A stretch of DNA of 64,000 bases from Podarcis bocagei (Eukaryota): NCBI GenBank assembly GCA_964188305.1, contig OZ076898.1, one strand, 5' to 3'. The notes beneath the pieces were generated by a model. The model was not told where the DNA came from. It ran no database searches and saw nothing but the letters and a program-made list of their open reading frames with translations. This document shows positions 52,190-64,000 of the stretch, one piece after another (the first letter of the stretch is position 1; each line of letters begins with the position of its first letter). The translations under genes were made by a program, and so were the position numbers.

Positions 52190-52382
52190 ATTTTATCCTG
52201 CCCTTCCTCCAAAGAGCTCAGGGCAGGGTTTTACTCTGTCTACTGTATCCTCACACTGTACCCTGCAAGGTAAGTTAGGCTGACAGACAGTAACTCACTG
52301 AGAGGTCACCAAGTAAGCTTCATGGCTGAGTTCACGCCCAGGTTTTCCAGTACTAGTCTGAAACTGTAACCACTGCACCACA
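52190..52382 (-). mobile_element. Squam3-like SINE
   Basis: cctgcccttcctccaaagagctcagggc...ggtcaccaagtaagcttcatggctgag...taaccactgcacca. Confidence 0.65.
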
Positions 52383-55300
52383 TTTCCATGCACAGAAAAT
52401 GAAGAAGAAAACTAGTCCCAGTTGTTGTTCAAAAAGCACTTAAACTCTGTCCTGCTCTGTCTAGCATTTGGGACTGGAAATGCATTTTCGCCTATAATAT
52501 AGGAATAGCTCATGACATGATAATTGTTGGTCTTTTGTGTTGGTTTTATATCCCAAAGGATAGCATTTTTAAATCAGTGGCCCTGTTTATATGGTACAAC
52601 CAAACTGCAGTTTCCCCACCATGCTTTGGGGTTGTGTGCTGTGCCCTCTCATGTCTCTCTGCCCTCTCTTCTCATCCAGTGTCCCAACTCCCTCTCTCAC
52701 TTCCTAGTTTGCACTATTGCCTGCCATGAAATCTGAATTGGGCAAACTACAGCAACCACAAATCCCAGTTCCAATTTTTGTTTGAAGGCAAACTACTGCT
52801 TGCAAAAGGCATCATTTGCCTGATCAGGACATTACAGCAAGCTAGAGAATATTGCAAAATACGGAAATGAAGGAAGGAAATAGAGTGCACCAACCTGAGG
52901 CCCTGACCACCAAACCGTATTTCAACATTTGAACTAGACCAGTGGGTGGCCACAAAAAAGCTACTTTCTCCCTAAGAATGCAGCAGTCCTATCTCCCCAG
53001 TTTTTCTTTCTCCTCATAGCTTATAACCACTAGGATCCCTAGGATCTGCTCTCCCTCTCATCCTTGTGATTGTCTGTACACGTGGGGAAAAAGGGGATGT
53101 AGAAAGCATAAATCAAGAAGATGAACGCATCAAGGGACCCAAGGAAAGGCAGGGGTCAGAAGGGGGCACCAAACGCTTCTCTAACTGGCAACAGAGGAGG
53201 CCATAGGATGGATGGATTAAGCCTAACTCATTATCCGTCTTCGTCCAGATGCCTCGCTGCAAAAAGCAGCAGAGCCATTGCTTTCTGTTAATAAAATGAA
53301 AAATGTGTTTTTTTAGCACCCCACCTCCCTATCTGCTAGCTAGGAAAATTTATCCTCCCCCACCCCCGACTTTTTATCTGCACCAAAAGCACAGATGCTC
53401 ATATTGGTTGTCTGCCTGCCTGAATCTGCAGACAGCCCGGAATAATAGCAAGAACAGGAAGGGAAATGAAATGATACCCCCACAGATATGCCTGGAAATG
53501 CAGGCCAGGGTTGAAGGATACCGCCTAAGGCAATGGGAAAGTTTGGTTGCGGTGTTTTCCAGTATGCAGCTTGGAACGTGTGCATGCATAGATAGAGGCC
53601 GCGTGTCTGTCCTAATGTGATCTAGCATATTTTGCCCCTGCGTGTGACAGCACAGTCAGTTTCCTCTTGGCCCTGTGCCTCCCTCCCTCCCTCTTTCTCC
53701 CCCTCCCCTTCCTCCTGGCCCAGCGTCTTGTTAATCATATTTTCCGGCTGAATTACACATTTGCACTAATTTAATTTTTCATTTCTATGTAAATGAACTT
53801 TCTCCAAAGTTCCAGACTGACGCTGCGGTGACAGAACAGCCCACAGAAAGGAAGAGAAAAAAGAGTGGCGAGAGAACAGCCAGCAGGGACTGGCACTTGC
53901 CTCCAACCCACTCAGCCCCACGCTGCTCTCACCACCAGCTGAAGGGTTTGAGCTCCCAGGGTTCCCCTCCTTTGATCCATGGGATCCCTCCCATTTAGAG
54001 TTGCCAACTTCTGAACTAGCCCCTGCTCCTATTCCTTTAACCATGTAGTGATCATTTTTGACTCTGTACCCTGAAAAGCTCCACTTCATGTTCTCCTGCA
54101 GATTAAAACACTGTTAGAGTCGCAAGAACAGGCCAAGTCAACATTTTCTTGTCAACTCCCATTCCTGGGAACCCAGAGGTTTTGGTTAATAGGTGTCTTG
54201 CCAGCTAATAGAGGGGATGTCACTCCTATCACCTCAGAACTCCACCAGAAAACCCAGAAATCCTGCCTTCCCACACAGGCCTCTTTTATTCTAACCTCCC
54301 AAACTGTGTCCCATCTACTTAGGGCCCCACTCCCTATGCTAGCCGCTTCCCTTGGGGCCACACACTCTTTCCTTGAAGGAGGGAGGGTTAATCTTAAGTG
54401 CCACATTCAGAATTGATGCATTTTCTGCCCTGAGCATCCACTTCCAGCTTGAGCCAGGCTTCAGCAGACTCAGCCCCAGGATCTGTTTTCATAATTTTCT
54501 TCAAGACAGAAATAAATCAGGTAAGTCACTATTCTCTTCAGTCTGAGTTTGCAGATGGGGAAATCAGGCTGAGGCAGCAATTGGGCCAGAAGTGGGATAG
54601 GAACCCAAGTTCTCTGCACTTCATCGTCTCTATGCTCAACTATTCTAGACCACCAGCCCCACCCCAACCCGTTGCTCAAGACCTGCAACTGGTGTTTTGA
54701 GGGGGGGCTATGTTAGGATCAGCATCTTTCTCCCCCTTCTCTCAGAGGACAGATACCTTTCACAGCATGAACAGGTAGACTTCCAAAGGGACATTGCGTC
54801 ATGGAAGAGTGTTGCCTGCTCATCCTTCTGTCAAAGGGACAGACACCTATGTCAGGAGGCGGGAAAGGGTGTCTGGCAACCCAACATCGCCCAGGCTGTC
54901 CTTGGCCTCAAAAAAGGCATATGTTACAAGGCAGGGCAACTCCCGTCCCCTCAGCATTTGGTTGCCTCCACCCTCTCAAGCTGGCAGGCCCCCAACAAGT
55001 CTCACTGGAGCAGAGGAGCAACTTGTTGTGTTTAAAGATTCATGTTTGGCCTCTGAAATATTCAGCAGATGTCAAGCTGACAGCAGTCGCCATGCAAAAG
55101 GGGGGAGTGGACTAGAAAGCTAAAGGGATCTTTCCATTCAGGAGATAATGGGACAGCGGAGCACGCAGCCAGGGTTGCAGCGGGGAGAGAAATAGGGAAG
55201 CCGGTTGTGTGTGTGAAGGCAGGAAGTTGCGAGTTCAGGATGGAAGGGTGTCAGCAGCACATACTCCGCAGAGGAGAGAGAGAGAGAGAGAGAGAGGCTG

Positions 55301-55746
55301 GCTCAGCTGCTGGCTCAGCACAGCCTGCGTCTCTGCTTAGAGGCCCTCTAATATAGGGTAATTGCCAGTAATCTGCGACAGAGCCATCCATCCCTCCATC
55401 TCGTTATCGCCTAAGCTCGTCACCTGCCTCTGAACTTGGAAAGTGATGCTGAGCGAGCAGAACCAGGCCCTGCCTGCACTGCTGGGAGGACTCTCTGCCT
55501 CCCCTCCTCTGGTTTAACCCAACCAGCCCTGTTGCTCTCGGAGAAATCCTGGCCAGTGTCTTTCCCCCTTCCCCAAACCACCAGGGCAACAATTGCCAAA
55601 ATGATGCGCTGTGAAAGAAGAGCTGGCAATAACGGGCTTCTGGTGGGCGAGAAAGTAGCCATCTATGCATGAGGCTGACTGCTGCACCTCTGACTGGTCT
55701 GGCATATTTTATTTCATTTTACTTATTTATTTATTTGCATTGGTGT

Positions 55747-55820
55747 TTCCTGCTAGGCAGGGGGTTGGACTTGATGGCCCTTGTGGTCTCTTCCAACTCT
55801 ATGATTCTATGATTCTATGA
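55747..55820 (+). mobile_element. CR1 3' tip inserted into a SINE tail
   Basis: gcagggggttggacttgatggcccttgtggtctcttccaactctatg followed by attctatg repeats. Confidence 0.8.
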
Positions 55821-55821
55821 T

Positions 55822-56023
55822 TTACATCCTGTCTTTTCTTCCAAGGAGCTCAAGATCATGTACATGTTCTCTCCCTCATTTAATCCCCACAACAACCCTG
55901 TGAAGGAGGTTAGGCTGACTGGCAGTGACTGGCTCAAGGTCACCCATTGAGCTTCATGGCCAAGTAGGGATTTGAACTTTGGTCTTCCAGGTCCTAATCC
56001 AACACTCTTATCACTACACCACA
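55822..56023 (-). mobile_element. Squam3-like SINE
   Basis: ttccaaggagctcaag...cacaacaaccctgtga...caaggtcacccattgagcttcatggcc...ggatttgaac...cactacaccacac; its (TTTA)n tail lies at about 55705-55740. Confidence 0.75.
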
Positions 56024-58824
56024 CAATCAGCCTTCATGAGGGAAGGGTAATTCTGTCCCACCACTGCCTCTGACACAATTCAGTAACAATGCAAAGATTC
56101 TGCAGATTTACCAGCCCTCGTAGGAATATGCTTCCTAGATTTCTGCATGAGTCACTGCTCCGGGCTTGCTTCCTCATAAGAAGGGAAGCATGCTCAGAAA
56201 AAAATGGCCTTTGCAGAAACGCAGGGGAGGGGAGGGGTGGCTAACCTTGAGAGTTGTAAGCATGCAGTATTCACTGGGCCATTTTTCTCTCCCAGAGGTC
56301 CAATTTCCATACCCTCCTAGCCTGCTTAGAAGGCACCAAACTTCTTGCATCCCAGACGTCTCCCTTTCCGGACTCATCCACTGTTTAAAAACCTGGGAGA
56401 ACCATTTCCCAGCTCCTACGGTTTTACCTCTCCCCTCAAAAGCACAGAATGTTCTCAGAAGGGTTGTCAGAGCTAGACCTTGAGAGCTAGATCCTGCTGC
56501 ACCCTTACAAATTGGCTAGAAGGGGAAATTCCACCACTGCTGCAATGTCTTGGGTGGGAGTGAAATGGCACGTGCTGAAATCCTCCCTTTTGAAAGGTCT
56601 GGCAGCCAGACCGGGCAACCTTGTTTCCAGTCTCCTGGGAAAAATAACAATAGTGTACCTCTTTCTATTTATCACCCCAGCCCTAATTCCCCTCCTGGAG
56701 AACCCAGGAGTTCTGGCACCATATCTCTGCTCCTTTCTATTAGGCACATGGCATCCTAGGTTTTGTTCCTTTAACAAGGGTCAGGAAGAAATAGAACAGT
56801 TGCACCTTTTCCAGAGAGAGCAAAGAAAAGATGGGGAAATGTGTATAACATATGCCTTGAAACAGAAGGGGAGACTGGGGTGAGCCTTATTGCACCCTTC
56901 CTTGTACAACCGCTCACAGAGTAGTCTAGCTGTGCTTTTCAAATTATCCAGTAAAGCCACCACCTTGTAACATTTACAGCCCCCAGTGTAAATCACCACC
57001 ATGATCTTCCATCTCCCTGCCGGAGGGTTTAATCTATAACTTGTGGATCAAAGAGGTTTAGCGGGAAGGACAGGAAGAAGGAAGGAGGGTGCAGCCCTCG
57101 CTCAGGGAAAATGGAGGAGAAGGAGATCAGACTTTGTCACATGCCTGCCGTGCAGCTCTTCAAGGTTGTGGTGGGGGAAAGGTATCAGTACAATTCCTAT
57201 AACAGAGAAGCTTGGGGAAATCCTGGCTCCCAGTCCCTACACAGCTCTATCCCACTAGACCTCACTCCGCTCACAACGGATACAGCAAGAGGCAATGTTG
57301 TTTTCATTCTTTCACACACACACACAGCATCACAAACACCCCACATGGATGAAGCCAAACACAATCTGTCATCTGCCTTCTGGAACATATGGAGAGAAAG
57401 CGCCGTTCTCATCCGGCTCTTTTCCTTGCTCTAAGTGCTTTTGGCTTCACACCTTCAGAGCATGTAAATATTGTAATGATACGTGTAGTCCAAAGGAGGC
57501 CCCTTGAGAGAATTACTGGGCCCTGGAAAGCCCACCATAGGAACCTCTTCCCCCGCCCCCAACCCCAGCCAGACAGCCAAACAGCCAGGTCTCCACCTGC
57601 TCCCCTTCCCCAGGCTTTTTGCCTTGCTTCGGGTCTGGAAGCCTTCCATCCCATTTCCAGATATAGGGGGACTGGTTATAATTACATTGCTGCACAAGGG
57701 ACAGTTGTAGATCTTGGCACTGGGGCTGGCTATGCATTCTCTTGTATCTGGAAGGGGGCACAAAATAATCCAAAGTATCTCTTGAGTATTTAGATAATCA
57801 ATACACTCTTCACCCCTCCTGGTTCATCCCCCCTCCCCACCCCCCACACTTGGTGTTGATTTTCTATTTTCTCATCTGCCACTGTTATTTATGATGGAAG
57901 ACGATTTGCTTGGTGCCTTGACTTGCGCAGCAAAAATACAGAACGGGAGCGGAAGGCATGCCACAAAGCAAAGAACACCCAAGATCCTCCTTCCCCACTC
58001 AAACCAACCAGACACACACACACCCGCCTGCTGCCACTCCTCTCCTAGAGAATGCAGATGTCCTGACTCTCAGCATGCACACATGTGCACTCACACAGGC
58101 ACGTAGAAAAGATTATAACACATTAGATGTCACCCCCCTCTTTCAGCAGCCAGATCCTGACACATCCCTTCCTTTCCCTAACCCGCTACAGAACCCAGGA
58201 GTCCTGCCTCCCAACCCTTCTGCCCACATACTTAACCCCCAAGCCTAAACACACAGGCAGCCAGATTTGCATAATATACAAATCAGCGTCCTAATTATGC
58301 AAACTACATATGCTAAATGTATTTAATTTAGAATCAGTCCTCCTTCATCTGCCAGGAGAGAGACAAAGAACGGGTCTTTTCACTTAACAGTTCCCCAGTG
58401 CCAGGTGAGAGGATCTCCTTATGCCGTAAGACCAGCTTCTAGCCTTCAAGGGCACAGCACAAAAGCAGGCAATTTGGGGAGGACAGGCTTTTCCATGCCA
58501 GAGTTCTTTCTTCTCCATCTCCTCCAGTCTGTGTAAATCAATTTAGTTATGAGATGTGCTAGTCAGGCCCTGAGGTCCATCGCCACTTCAGCTCCCAGTG
58601 GCTGCTGTCACAACCCAAATAAACCTGCCCCACACTTAGACAATGTTGGTGCCCAACTCTAAGCATGCACATATATATGAACATGTGCATTACCTCAAAC
58701 ACACATACATAAAATACTATACCTCTCATCCCGCCCCAAGCAGCCTGACCTGACACCTCCCTTCTTGCCCTAACATGCGCTAGAAACCAGGAGACAGCCT
58801 GCCTCCCAGCGCTCTTGCAATGTT

Positions 58825-59376
58825 TCATAGAATCATAGAATTGTAGAGTTAGAAGGGACCAAAAAATCATCTAGTTCAACCCCCTGAAATGAAGGAATCA
58901 CAACTAAAGAAACCCTGACAGATGGCCATCCAACTTATATTTAAAAACTTCAAGTGCAGAAGAGTCCACCACCTTCCAAACAAGTCCATTCCACTGTTGA
59001 AAAACTATGTCTGGAAGTTCTTCCTAAAGTTCAGTCTGAATCTCCTTTCTTGTAAGTTGAATCCATTGGTTTGGGTCCTACCCTCTGGAGCAGCAGAAAG
59101 AAAGCTTGTTCCATCTTCCATGTGACAGCTCTTTAGATATTTGAAGATGGCTATCATTCTCCATCTTCTCCAAGATAAATATACCCAACTCCCTTAACCA
59201 TTCCTCATAGGGCTTGGTTTCCAGACCCTTGATCATCTTGGTCACCCTCCTCTGCACATGTCCCAGTTTGTCAATATCCTTCTGAAAGCCTGGAGACCAA
59301 AAATGGACACAGAACTCCAGGTAGGGTCTGACCAAGGCAGAACAGAGCGGTAGTATTACTTCCCTTGATCTGGACC
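58825..59376 (-). mobile_element. 5'-truncated CR1 LINE
   Basis: Minus-strand [28 protein letters not shown]...[33 protein letters not shown] with the CR1 tail at 58825; same family as 35411-35850. Confidence 0.92.
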
Positions 59377-61739
59377 CTAAGCTTAAGGAAGCATAGTGGT
59401 CAGAGCTGGGCAATCAGCAATCATTTAGGAAAGCAGAGAAAGGTGCACAGACAATGCCAACAGAAGATGAAGAAGCTTATCAGGCTTGATATGGCCCCCT
59501 GTCAGGCAGAAGGAGGGATAGAAGTTTAGGGCCTCCTCCACATGCTTCAATTGTACCAATTTACTTGGCAGAGAGCCTGGCTTTAGGATCCTGTACCAGA
59601 GAAATTAAGGACTGTTTTATGTACATTTCCGTGTGCGCTGGGCACATTATGATCTCATGCTGCTTCTGCCCTGGGTGGCCCAAACTCAGATGTGAGCCCC
59701 TCTTTGTGATGGTGTACAGGGTTCTGAATTGCATATTCAATCAATGTCAGCAAGAGCACAAGATGGATTCACAAATTGTTTGTTCCCTAGATTCCTTGGC
59801 TGCCCTCACCCCATCTCCACTGCTCTCTGCCCTGCTCTCTCCTCCCCATACTAATCTGGCTTCCATTGGTGCTGGACAGTGTGCTTTCCCTGCTTTCCAT
59901 GAATGCAAGCATTTTAGGGATATTGATGCTTTTTCGTTTTAATTTTAAGCACTTTTAAGGTGGGTCCAGTAAAATCAGGCTGGAAAACAGGAATGAGAAG
60001 CAATCTCAACATCCAGAGAAGCTTAAGCCGTCAAAGTAGAAACAATAATAATAATCAAACAGCATCATCAAAATAATTACTGAAAGTATGCCTGGTATCT
60101 AGGTCATTCGTGGATTTCTGAGCAAAACTGCAACTCCTTCTCCACCATATATCTCTTGTTACAACCACCACAGCCCACTTAGGATCCCCCCCCCTTTCCA
60201 CAGGATCCAAAACCTCCTACCAATATATTTGCTCTAAGGAACCACACCTTCCTCTCCAAGGGCTCGTCCACACTTCTGCTTCTCCTGCGATTTCTAGGCA
60301 TGGATCTAAGAGGTTTTTCTTTTGTCTCGCCACTTTCTCTGGGAAAACCTGCTGTATACAGCTGAATTGGAACAAACGTCCATCCGCAGAAAACCTGAAT
60401 GACATTTTTTTCTGATTCAATAGTAAACAGTGGGTTTTCCTGGGGAAAGCAGTGGGACAAAACTGAAATCTTCCAGACCCATGCCTAGAAGCACGGGACA
60501 AATGAAAGTGCGGATGAGCCCCAACTCATCATTCCTCTTACTATGGAAATATCCTTCCACCGAAAAAAAAAAAAGCAACTTTCAGCCTCCATGCTCTGGA
60601 ATTCTGACTTTCTGTCCTGCCTATATTCTTATGCCGCTAGTCCTCACTCCCCTTTAAGAGCTCCCCAGAGCCCTGGCCTAGTGGCTGCCCTGAGTTCTAA
60701 CAAGTTCTCTTTCGTTCTCGCCCTGTCAGTGGATTTTCACTCCTTCCTCTGGATTTAATGAACACCTCCAAAGTGCACGACAGGTAATTTAGTTTTGTCC
60801 TCGTCAATGTCAGAACTGGGGCCGAGATCCAAGACCTCATGTGGCTTATCAGGCAACCAGGAGTCCCCTTTCCTGGGCTTTAGCCGCATCCCAGAGATGG
60901 GCTAAGGAATTCTTGTACAAAGAACAGTTCCTTCCCTCCCCCACTCCACCCCAGAGGCAGCTGCATCTCTCAGTAATGCCATGCAAGAATCACGTTGTGT
61001 TAGGGCTCGGCCTGCTTCCATCCTTTTTGACCTCAGCTGTCACAGAGTCTCTTTGTCTCCCGAAGAGGGAAAAGTCTCCCAGGTTCCCATCACTTGAGGG
61101 ACTGGCCTGGTGCCACTGGATGCAGGCGGGGCTGGGGATGGCTGTCGGCTGCCCCAGGCCTAGCAGGACAAAGACACAGCGTATCTCATACTATTAAAGG
61201 GCCTGGGCTTCCTGCTGCGCATGTCACTTCCATTCAGGATCAGATCACCGAGTGTGGGAGTGTTTGTTTATGTATGATATGCGAATTCACACTTTTCCTC
61301 CTCCAGTGTACATGCGCACAAACATTTCCTTCTAAGGGCCATTCACAAGATCACATTTTTTAAAAAAATTAATCCATTTAAGTCCATCTTGATCTAACTT
61401 CTGTTCCTAGAGACATTCACTGCTCTCCACTGGAATGCAGGGAGAACGCTGTCCATGTTCATATGAACACTTACTTTGATTTAGCCACTCTCAAGACTCT
61501 TTACTTCCGGTTCTGTTTTCATAAAAGGAAGTTAAATCAAGAACAGGGCAGAAATACACCCTCCCCTTTGGAACAAACACCAATGTTTACAAATAGCTAT
61601 TCTGCTTCCATAATAGCCCAAACATTCATCTTCTGGAGTGAGATGGAAGCAGGATTATAATGGTGCTTCCACAAGGCACTTGATATAGCACTATATTCCC
61701 CATACCAATTCAAAAGTCTATCCCCACAGGCAAGAACAT

Positions 61740-62068
61740 GGCCACATTCACACGACACATTCAAAGCGCTATGATACTAATATAAACAGTTATGGCTTTT
61801 GCCAAAGAATTCTGGGAGCTGTAGTAAGTTAAGGGCGCTGTTAGGAGATCCTTATTTTCTTCCCAGAGCTACAGTTCTCAGCTTTCCCTGTGAAGACAGA
61901 TGATAACTGTTTGACCACTCTGGGAACTGTAGCTGTGGGAGGGGAACAGGGGTCCCCTAACAACTCTCAACACCCTTAACAAACTACAGCTCCCGTAATT
62001 CTTTGGCAGGAGCCATGACTGTTTAAAGTGGTGTCATAGTGCTTTAAATGTGTGGTATGAATGTAGCC
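61740..62068. mobile_element. Long palindromic MITE (Harbinger-like GGC termini)
   Basis: ggccacattcacacgacacatt...aaacagttatggct...ccaaagaatt.tgggagctgtagt is mirrored by actacagctccc.taattctttgg...agccatgactgttt...aatgtgtggtatgaatgtagcc. Confidence 0.8.
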
Positions 62069-63744
62069 TAGGTGTCCTCAGAAGAATGTCTTGTCCTGCC
62101 AAGGTCTTGCTTCTCCTAACTACTTTAATTATCCATTTTCGAACCTCAATTGGCCCTCTCATTAGGTGTTTCGTATTTGTACCCTGAGCAATCCCACTAC
62201 TGCTGCCTTAATTTTCTTTAAATCCCCTTTATTACCCTTTCATCGGCCCTTTACTTACCTATTTCATAGGCTGAGCCAGCTGTGACAGAGCAGCCTTGCT
62301 TGTTTCTTCATGTGCCTGCCCTGACCATTCATAAAGTGGGAGACCATCTTGCTTTGACATGAAAAGGGAGCTGAACTTGGCCACATCCTCTGCCTGCCCT
62401 CACTGTGCTCCATTCACTTTAAGCACCAGCAGCCTGGTTCACTTCCAGTGTCCTGGGGGAAAATGTTTCTAAGGTGCCAGAGGGGAAGGAGAGGAGTCAG
62501 AAGATGCCGGGATTCGGCTGTCCTTACCTGTGCATGCCTTTTCTTCTAAAATTTAGAGCCACCCTCTCCCTGCTTTGTATATGAAGGGGCAAAGACGTGA
62601 ACAACAAACATGGCTGCCTGTCAGGCTTACTTTGACCCTGTTTTTGTGCATCTAAACCAGGGTGCCAAGAAAGCAAATGTGCTACTGTGATTAGAGGGTT
62701 GAACTATGACCAGTTCCAGTGTGAAATCCTAAGGATAAAGGGGACACAAAAACCATAAAGTCTTTGGAAGAAGAATGGGATTCAAAATTATTTAATAAAA
62801 TCCATTAAAATAACCAGCAAAGTTGTATTTGTATCCCAGCAGTTGTCTGGAGATGACCTTTTCTGGAGCTGCAGGTACCTTTCAGCATGCACAAAAGAGG
62901 TTTTGTTGTTGTTTGGAAGGGGGCCTTCTCCCACCCCCTGCTCAAGCCATGCTTTCAGTCATAGGCACAGCAGGTGAAGAGGACAGTCTTTCTCTAAAAA
63001 CAAAATAATCAAAGAAAGCCCCTGCCACTCGTGCATAGCACAATACGGGCAAATGCTGAAAGGCAGCCCTTTGGCTTTCTGTACTGGCCACTGCTATGCC
63101 ATGTGCCTGCTTGAGTGCCAACTTATTTCTTGAGGAATATTTTTTGAGAAGAATTTTCTCTCTCCTATGCAAGCTGACTCCCATGGCTGTATTGGAGATG
63201 ATTGATGATCAAATCAGGCCTACAGGCCTTACGTTTATTGCTCTTGATTTAGGCAACCATTTAGGCAACTACCATGTGCGGCCCTCATACACTACATGCA
63301 AATGGCATGGGCTACGGTGGCAACAAATTCTGTAAATTAATTGTGCGTTGCATTAAGAAGCATTTTCTTTTGCCCATCCTGAATTTGCTTCTCATCGATT
63401 TCATTGGGTGATCCTCAGTATTATAGCAGAGAAATAGAAAATGCTACCTCCCTTTTGCATACATTTCATACCCTCCTTTATTCATATTTTTCTAAACTAA
63501 AAAGCTTCAGATACTCAGCCTTTCCCAAAATAAGAGGTGCCTAAACTTCACCAAACCCTCCTGGGTCTAAAACTTCCTGACCATGGCAGTATGATCTGAA
63601 ACTCTTTCAACTGTTATCCATCACCCAAAGCTCTTCCTGAGTGTTTCACTTTTCGACAGAACATGCCATTTCAGGACCATGCTTAGCTAGAAAGTCTAGA
63701 ATAGATAGGTTAGTTGGACACATTGAATATGATTGAGCATTTTC

Positions 63745-63900
63745 CGGGCAGTTAAGTACCATTCAGCAATATCTCGTAAAGGATATCACAGAGCAGGATA
63801 AGGTTTAGAAAAGGGCAAATAAAATGATCAAAAGGATGGAGCATCTTCCTTATGAAGACAGTCTTAAAAGGTTTAGAAAAGCAGCAAGCCAAAGGGGAAC
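63745..63900 (+). mobile_element. Old CR1 ORF2 3' fragment
   Basis: aaaagggcaaataaaatgatcaaaaggatggagcatcttccttatgaagac encodes KRANKMIKRMEHLPYED. Confidence 0.65.
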
Positions 63901-64000
63901 TGAGATGGAAAATTATAAAATTATGAATGGTATATGCAGACGGTGGAGAGAGGAACACGAGAACTCAGAGTTTTCAGCAAGAGAAACTGTGGCAGAGAAC

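Overview
Vertebrate genomic DNA from a squamate reptile, probably a lacertid lizard (Sauria SINE, other squamate tRNA-SINEs, CR1/L2 LINEs and MITEs). It contains the complete coding region of the NMDA receptor subunit gene GRIN2D (GluN2D) on the + strand. There are 12 coding exons between 14604 and 43730, all with GT-AG introns and consistent phases, giving a 3993-nt CDS (1330 aa) that ends in the PDZ ligand -SSLESEV. The channel core is typical of GluN2D. The extracellular part shows unusual changes relative to mammalian GluN2 sequences recalled from memory: a 5-aa deletion at the ATD-LBD linker, a shortened S1 loop 1, and TINEERSE changed to TINAERAE. The rest of the window is intron or intergenic DNA with many transposon remnants, several long palindromes, microsatellites and one 150-N gap. 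I recognise no second protein-coding gene and see no evidence of a new multi-gene system. The best leads are the divergent receptor sequence and candidate RNA-structure or splicing features.
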